From Methanobacteriota archaeon (GTDB taxonomy: Archaea > Thermoplasmatota > Thermoplasmata > Lutacidiplasmatales > UBA184): a stretch of 59,300 bases of DNA. Positions 54,242 through 59,300 of the stretch are shown here, piece by piece (positions within the stretch are counted from its first letter, which is position 1; every line of letters begins with the position of its first letter). The translations under genes were made by a program, and so were the position numbers. Location of the stretch: the NCBI GenBank assembly GCA_013290045.1, contig JABCYU010000001.1, forward strand, positions 1-59,300, read 5' to 3'. The notes under the pieces are model-generated. The model did not search any database. It was not told where the DNA came from and saw only the letters and a list, made by a program, of their open reading frames with translations.

Positions 54242-54856
54242 GTGAACGTGGACGAGACGACCGCGTCGGTCGAGCGGGCGTTCGCGAAGCCGCTCCCTCG
54301 CCGGTTCTTCGACCGGCCGACCCGTCGGGTGGCGCGCGAGCTTCTCGGGAAAACGATCGTTCGGCGATCGGGAGCGCGATGGCGGGCGGCGCGGCTGGTC
54401 GAGGTCGAAGCCTACCTGGCAGGGGACCCGGCCAGTCACGCGTTCCGAGGTCCGACCCCGCGCAACGCGTCGATGTTCGGGGCGCCCGGCACGCTCTACG
54501 TCTTCCGGATCCACCAGGTCGTCTGCGCGAACGTGGTGACGCAACGGGGGGAGGCGGTCCTCCTTCGGGCGGGCTCGCTGCCGGAGGGGAGTTCAGGAAA
54601 CCCTTCGGGCCCGGGGCGCCTGTGTCGGTATCTCGGGATCACCCGGTCGGACGACGGAATCGACCTCGTCCGGTCTCAGACGAGGCTATTGGACGGTCCA
54701 CCGCCGACCGAACCCGTCCGGACCGCGCCCCGGGTCGGGATCTCCCGCGCGAAGGAGCGGCGCCTCCGATACCTGCTATGGGGGAATCCGTGGGTCTCTC
54801 GTCCCCGGCCCTGGGGTCGCCGCCCGCCGGCTCAGCGGAGCTTGGCCCAGGCGTAA
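54242..54856 (+). CDS. mpg: DNA-3-methyladenine glycosylase (AAG/MPG family)
   Basis: 204 aa with a GTG start, containing [13 protein letters not shown]...[49 protein letters not shown]. Confidence 0.85.
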   Translation: MNVDETTASVERAFAKPLPRRFFDRPTRRVARELLGKTIVRRSGARWRAARLVEVEAYLAGDPASHAFRGPTPRNASMFGAPGTLYVFRIHQVVCANVVTQRGEAVLLRAGSLPEGSSGNPSGPGRLCRYLGITRSDDGIDLVRSQTRLLDGPPPTEPVRTAPRVGISRAKERRLRYLLWGNPWVSRPRPWGRRPPAQRSLAQA

Positions 54857-54993
54857 CGCCGCAGGTGGGCGGTGTCGCCGAACCCGCAGGAAGCGCACAC
54901 GCGCTTCTGGCGGTGGTACGAGTGCTTCCCGCAGCGCCGGCAGCGGAAGTGGACGATCTTCCCGCCACGCATCGACGGGGTTCCTTTGGTCAT
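54832..54993 (-). CDS. rpl37e: 50S ribosomal protein L37e
   Basis: Not in the ORF track. Hand translation gives [53 protein letters not shown], with a CxxC...CxxC zinc ribbon. It overlaps the 3' end of the convergent mpg gene by 25 nt. Confidence 0.9.
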   Translation of the reverse strand: MTKGTPSMRGGKIVHFRCRRCGKHSYHRQKRVCASCGFGDTAHLRRYAWAKLR

Positions 54994-55011
54994 AGGTGTC
55001 CTCCGACCCGA

Positions 55012-55224
55012 TTACGGCGAGATATAAACGATGGAGTCGCCGCGGAGCAGGGTGAGGCCCTGGCGGGGCGTGACGACCTCCTGGACGACCTCTTCGGCAG
55101 AAGAGAGGACCAGGTTGAGGTGCTGGTCGTAGGCGTCGAGCACCCCGCGGAACGAACGGCCGCCCTTCATCTCCACGAGGACCCGCTTGTGCAGGCTCTG
55201 CTGGAGGAGGTCGAGAGGCTTCAT
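55012..55224 (-). CDS. Sm-like archaeal protein (LSm/SmAP)
   Basis: 70 aa: LHKRVLVEMKGGRSFRGVLDAYDQHLNLVLSSAEEV...LLRGDSIVYISP, showing the Sm1/Sm2 motifs. This is the classical LSm-L37e gene pair. Confidence 0.9.
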   Translation of the reverse strand: MKPLDLLQQSLHKRVLVEMKGGRSFRGVLDAYDQHLNLVLSSAEEVVQEVVTPRQGLTLLRGDSIVYISP

Positions 55225-55257
55225 CGGCGGAGAGGTCGGGGAGAAAAGCTGGTCTTC

Positions 55258-55992
55258 TTAACGGTTGCCGAGGCGGGCCGGTCGGGACCCCGTCCGAACG
55301 GCGGCGAGGGCGCGCACGACCTCCGACGCCTCGCGGCGACGAGCGTTCCCGGTCGCCGGAGATCTCCGAACCGTTTCGAGGATCCGGCGGACGACGGCGG
55401 GGATCGACCCATCGGCGGGGACGACGGCCACCCGATCCGGAGCGGCCGCCGATATCGTCTCCTTCCAACATCGCCGCTCCCAGGCCCCGACGACCGCGTG
55501 ACGGGCGGCGAGCCTCGGCGGGTGGGTCTCGGGGCTCCCCGACGCCCGGGACGCGACGACGACCGGGTCGGCGTCGAGGTAGAGCGTCAGGTCCGGGATT
55601 CCCCAGGCACCACGAGAGAGCCGCTCCGATACGATTCCGATCACGTCAGAGCTCACGTCCCACCGGATCCCCATGGTCTTGGCGATCCCGAGGCTATAGG
55701 TCAACGGCCCGAGGAAGCCGGTGTCGAGGTAGAGGAGCTCGCCGGATCTCCGGAGTCGGGTCGCCTCGGCGAACCGGGCGAGATCCAGCCGGACCAGCTC
55801 GAGCTCGATTCCCCGAAGCTCCTCCGGGCTGCGGTACTCCAGCGACGGCGGGTGCCCGACGGAGTCGTACGCCTCGGCGAGACCGCCGCGGCCCGATTCC
55901 CGGACCAGCCCCCGGAGGAGGGTGGTCTTCCCCACCCCGCTCGGGCCCTCGAGGGCGATCCAAGGGAGGTCGTCCCGGCGCGACTCCGCCAC
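55258..55992 (-). CDS. P-loop NTPase, nucleoside/nucleotide kinase-like
   Basis: 244 aa with WIALEGPSGVGKTTLLRGL...LYLDTGF...LTLYLDADP. Substrate unknown. Confidence 0.7.
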   Translation of the reverse strand: MAESRRDDLPWIALEGPSGVGKTTLLRGLVRESGRGGLAEAYDSVGHPPSLEYRSPEELRGIELELVRLDLARFAEATRLRRSGELLYLDTGFLGPLTYSLGIAKTMGIRWDVSSDVIGIVSERLSRGAWGIPDLTLYLDADPVVVASRASGSPETHPPRLAARHAVVGAWERRCWKETISAAAPDRVAVVPADGSIPAVVRRILETVRRSPATGNARRREASEVVRALAAVRTGSRPARLGNR

Positions 55993-56364
55993 GGCCGCCC
56001 ACCGCCCGAGGGGCCGATAACCATCCCCGGGCCCCTCCCCGGATTCGCTTTAAGCCGCCCCGAGGGTCGCCGGCACGTGCCGGCCCCCGAACCGCCCCTA
56101 CGTCGACCGACCGGTCCCCCGGGGTTCTATGCCAGGACGCTGGATCCGCTCCCGGCGTGGGCCGGTGAGGCCGAGAGCGCCCGAGGAGCCCCCCCACGGG
56201 CCTTAGGTCCCGGCGGCGGCATCCCCGGCTCCGGGTTCCGGGTCCGCCTTCGAGGGCTTTCTCCGGAGGAGCAACGCGCCTGGACCGGTTCCGTGGCGAC
56301 ACCCTCGCCAGCCCGTCTCCCGCCGTCGGGCGAGGCGACGGACGAACCCCCCTGGTCCGAGGTT

Positions 56365-57345
56365 GTGGTCGAACTTCCTCTCCCGCCCCCGGCGCTCGGG
56401 GCAGGAGCCGGGTCCAGCCTGGAGCCTGGGGACGGGCTTGTCGCCGAGGCGATCCAGGCCGCGGTGCGGAACTACGTCCACGACCCCCCGCGAGTGGTCG
56501 CCGGGCTGCACCGCCCCTTTGTGGTCGGCGCCAAGACCCTCGTCATGGGGGTCGTCAACGTGACCCCGGACTCGTTCTCCGATGGAGGGGAGTTCCTCGA
56601 GGCGGAGGCGGCGTTCTCCCACGGGCTTCGCCTGGTGGACGAAGGGGCCGATCTCCTCGATATCGGCGGCGAGTCGACCCGTCCGGGGGCTTCCGACGTG
56701 AGCCCCGAGGCGGAGTGGGCTCGCGTCGGTCCGGTCATCGCCCGGCTCCACGGGACGGTCTCGGTGCCGATATCGGTCGACACGCGGCACGCCGAGGTCG
56801 CGGCCCGCGCTCTCGACGCCGGGGCGGACCTGGTCAACGACGTGAGCGGACTAAGGGACGCCGAGATGCGGAGGGTGGTCGCCCGTTCGGGAGCCCCGGC
56901 GATCGCGATGCACATGCGGGGGACGCCGGCGACGATGCAGGCGAACCTCGCGTACCGGGACGTCGTCGGGGAGGTCTACGATTCCCTCGTCGACGCGGCC
57001 CGATCCGCCGTCTCGGACGGCATCGCGGCCGAACAGCTGCTCATCGACCCCGGCCTCGGTTTCGGGAAGAGCGCGGGGCAGAATCTCGAGCTGCTGGGCC
57101 GACTGGCGGAGTTCCGGTCGATGGGGTTCCCCGTCGTGGTGGGCGCGTCCCGCAAGTCGTTCTTGGGCTGGGTCGTCGGGAAGGCGCCCTTGGGCGACCG
57201 GCTCGAGGCCGGCCTCGCCGCCGCGGTGCTGGCCGCGCGCGCCCGGGCGCACGTGGTGCGGACGCACGACGTGGCCCCGACGGTCCGGGTGCTGGCCCTC
57301 GCCGATGCCGTGGTGGGCCGGACCCGGCCGGCCCCGCCGCGGTGA
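56365..57345 (+). CDS. folP: Dihydropteroate synthase
   Basis: Contains VMGVVNVTPDSFSDGGEF...GADLLDIGGESTRPG...VPISVDT...ADLVNDVSG...IDPGLGFGKS...VGASRKSF...RTHDV. The start is uncertain: GTG at 56293 or 56365, or ATG at 56545. Only the 3' part of track ORF 54379..57345 is real. Confidence 0.85.
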   Translation: MVELPLPPPALGAGAGSSLEPGDGLVAEAIQAAVRNYVHDPPRVVAGLHRPFVVGAKTLVMGVVNVTPDSFSDGGEFLEAEAAFSHGLRLVDEGADLLDIGGESTRPGASDVSPEAEWARVGPVIARLHGTVSVPISVDTRHAEVAARALDAGADLVNDVSGLRDAEMRRVVARSGAPAIAMHMRGTPATMQANLAYRDVVGEVYDSLVDAARSAVSDGIAAEQLLIDPGLGFGKSAGQNLELLGRLAEFRSMGFPVVVGASRKSFLGWVVGKAPLGDRLEAGLAAAVLAARARAHVVRTHDVAPTVRVLALADAVVGRTRPAPPR

Positions 57346-57346
57346 G

Positions 57347-57535
57347 CTACTTCCACTCCTTCTCGGGAGGGATCTGGGTCGGGTCGTCGAACTCGAGGAC
57401 GAGCGAGCCGACGTAGTCGCATCGCAGGCAGTGGTAGCGCTGGCCCGTGATGAGCCCCGCGTCGTAGATGAGACGCATCGAGTAGCACTGCGGGCAGACG
57501 AGGATCGGTTTACCCCGGGGTTTCCGGTGACGCAT
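57347..57535 (-). CDS. Small zinc-ribbon protein, 62 aa
   Basis: Translation: MRHRKPRGKPILVCPQCYSMRLIYDAGLITGQRYHCLRCDYVGSLVLEFDDPTQIPPEKEWK. The start lies 26 nt inside the 3' end of gyrA. Confidence 0.6.
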   Translation of the reverse strand: MRHRKPRGKPILVCPQCYSMRLIYDAGLITGQRYHCLRCDYVGSLVLEFDDPTQIPPEKEWK

Positions 57536-59300
57536 CGCCGTCCCCCTCCTCGTCGTCGTCCTCGCCGGGTTCCGCGCTCGGGTCCTCCGACTCGTCGTCG
57601 ACGGCGCCCGGGACCGGCCCCTCGCCGGCCGGAGGCGGGGGCGCCGGCGTCCCGGTCTCCGGACCGCCCGGCTCGGGACCGGGCAGGACGATGGCGTCGC
57701 GGACCGTGTCGCCCTCCTCGAGCCGGATGATCCGGACCCCCAGGGTGTTACGGCCCTGGGAGCGGACGCCGCCGACGGAGAGGCGGATCGTGATCCCCCC
57801 CTCCGTCGTCACGAGGATCTCGAGATCGTCGCGGACTGGGAGGACGGCGACGACGACGCCGTTGCGGCCCCCGGTGCGGATCGTCCGGACGCCCTTGGCG
57901 CCGCGCTTCGTCTCTCGGTAGTCGACGGTCGGGCTCCGCTTCCCGAACCCGGTGGAGGTGATCGTCAGCAGCGAGGGGTACTCCACGGTGACCGGCGCCA
58001 TGGTGACGAGGCCGTCCCCCTTCTCCGCCGAGAGGCGCACGCCGATGACGCCGTACGTCGCCCGGCCCATCGGCCGGACCTCGGCGAGGGGGAAGCGGAC
58101 CAGCTGGCCCATGCGCGTCGCGAGGACGATCTGGCTCGCCTCGTCGCGCAACAGGGCGACGTCGACGAGCTCGTCGCCCTCTTCGAGAAGGATCGCCTGG
58201 ATCCCGCTCGTTCGGATGTTCTGGAACTGGTCGAGGCCGGTGCGCTTGACGATGCCGCGGCGAGTCGCGAAGAACAGCGAACCGTCGGTCTCCAGATCGC
58301 GGATGGCGAGCAGCGTCTGGACCTTCTCGTGGTCCTTGAGGCGCGGGAGGAGGTTGATCACCGCCTTCCCCTTCGAATGGCGGCTCCCCTCCGGCAGCTC
58401 GTAGGCCTTGAGTCGATAGACGCGGCCGAGCGTCGTGAAGAACAGGACGTTGTCGTGGGTGCGGGTGACGAAGGTGCGGATGACGTAGTCCTCCTCCTTC
58501 GTCTCCATCTGGACGAGGCCCTTGCCGCCCCGGCGCTGGCGGCGGTACTGGTCGAGCGGCAGGCGCTTGATGTAGCCGTCCCGGGTGACGAGGACGACGA
58601 CATCGGTGTCCGGGATCAGGTCTTCGAGCGTGCGCTCGGTGAACGCCGGGACGATCCGCGTCCGCCGCGCGTCCCCGAAGCGCTTCTTCAGATCGGCGAG
58701 CTCGTGGGCGATGAGCTGGTCGAGCTCGTGCGGCGAGGCGAGGATCGCCTTCAGCGACGTGATCAGCGCCTCCTTCTCGGCGGCCTCCTTGAGCACCGCC
58801 TCGCGCTCGAGGGCGGTCAGGCGCGAGAGTCGCATGTCGAGGATCGCCTTCGCCTGCTCGGTGGAGAGCAGGAACCGACCCATGAGCGAGCTCTCGGCGG
58901 CCGGGACGTCCTTCGAGCGACGGATGATCTTGATGACCTCGTCGATATGGTCGATCGCCGTCAGGAACCCCTCGAGGATGTGCTTGCGCTCCTCCGCCTT
59001 CGTGAGGTCGAACTGGGTGCGGCGGGTGATCGTCGTGCGGCGGTGCTTGAGGTGGAGATCGAGCAGGTCGCGGAGCGGCAGGACCTTCGGTCGGCCGTCG
59101 ACCAGGCACAGGTTGATGACGCCGAAGCTCGACTCGAGCGGCGTGTGCTCGTAGAGCCGGTTGAGGATGATCTCGGCGGGCACGTCGCGCTTGAGCTCGA
59201 GGACCACGCTCGTCCCGTCGCGGTCCGACTCGTCGCGGAGATCGGTGACCCCCTCGAGCCGCTTGGTCTTGACCAGGTCGGCGATGATCTGCAACAGGTT
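57510..59300 (-). CDS. gyrA: DNA gyrase subunit A, C-terminal about 596 codons; the 5' end runs off the right edge
   Basis: Contains LQIIADLVKTKRLEGVTDLRDESDRDG...LLDLHLKHRRTTITRRTQFDL, followed by beta-pinwheel repeats and an acidic Gly/Pro/Asp/Glu tail. The frame stays open to position 59300. Confidence 0.95.
   Translation of the reverse strand, partial: NLLQIIADLVKTKRLEGVTDLRDESDRDGTSVVLELKRDVPAEIILNRLYEHTPLESSFGVINLCLVDGRPKVLPLRDLLDLHLKHRRTTITRRTQFDLTKAEERKHILEGFLTAIDHIDEVIKIIRRSKDVPAAESSLMGRFLLSTEQAKAILDMRLSRLTALEREAVLKEAAEKEALITSLKAILASPHELDQLIAHELADLKKRFGDARRTRIVPAFTERTLEDLIPDTDVVVLVTRDGYIKRLPLDQYRRQRRGGKGLVQMETKEEDYVIRTFVTRTHDNVLFFTTLGRVYRLKAYELPEGSRHSKGKAVINLLPRLKDHEKVQTLLAIRDLETDGSLFFATRRGIVKRTGLDQFQNIRTSGIQAILLEEGDELVDVALLRDEASQIVLATRMGQLVRFPLAEVRPMGRATYGVIGVRLSAEKGDGLVTMAPVTVEYPSLLTITSTGFGKRSPTVDYRETKRGAKGVRTIRTGGRNGVVVAVLPVRDDLEILVTTEGGITIRLSVGGVRSQGRNTLGVRIIRLEEGDTVRDAIVLPGPEPGGPETGTPAPPPPAGEGPVPGAVDDESEDPSAEPGEDDDEEGDGDASPETPG

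Noticed and set aside
54379-56292. 5' two thirds of the 988-aa plus-strand ORF 54379..57345
   Set aside because: This part overlaps mpg in another frame and lies antisense to L37e, LSm and the P-loop kinase gene. Only the 3' portion carries dihydropteroate synthase motifs.
2204-59300. Additional inteins in PolD, NrdJ, PolB or GyrA; CRISPR arrays; rRNA genes; transposases or integrases
   Set aside because: The reading frames of these genes are continuous, with normal lengths and no Cys/Ser...HN-bounded inserts. I saw no regularly spaced direct repeats, no rRNA-like conserved blocks and no transposase or integrase-like translations in any frame.

Overview
Very GC-rich archaeal chromosomal segment; third codon positions are almost all G/C, so every real gene carries long shadow ORFs in other frames. 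It is gene-dense on both strands. Marker genes are FtsZ, PolD large subunit, an A1A0 ATP synthase, the LSm-L37e pair, PurP, class II ribonucleotide reductase, PolX and gyrase A. Together these indicate a gyrase-using euryarchaeal-type lineage (Thermoplasmatota- or Halobacteriota-like); this cannot be resolved further without a database search. Most of the window is housekeeping. It includes a molybdo-hydroxylase (coxMSL-like)-purP-gcvT operon, nadC-nadA, MarR-MFS, nrdJ, hutI-rnz, folP and a rearranged ATP synthase cluster whose A subunit carries a 460-aa LAGLIDADG intein. There is one tRNA, tRNA-Arg(UCG), with a 26-nt intron in the T loop. I saw no rRNA, no CRISPR array and no transposase. First genes of operons mostly have a TATA-like box about 25-40 nt upstream of the start codon, which suggests leaderless or short-leader transcripts; internal genes use strong GGAGG-type ribosome-binding sites or ATGA overlaps. 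The best candidate for something undescribed is the co-directional string 45815-54856. It starts with a Walker-A-less RadA/RadB paralog, a small helical protein and a family B polymerase with degenerate exonuclease and motif C residues, which resembles a mutasome-like cassette. This is followed by a translationally coupled HEAT-repeat / GNAT / EarP-like glycosyltransferase-like trio, an M29-like peptidase and a 3-methyladenine glycosylase. Smaller oddities: a 36-codon membrane micro-ORF inside the ATPase operon, a low-GC gene for a small basic tandem-hairpin protein, a long structured nrdJ leader, a perfect 22-bp palindrome over a promoter, and about 0.9 kb next to ftsZ with no convincing coding assignment. 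All family names are my own reading of the translations from memory; no search was run.
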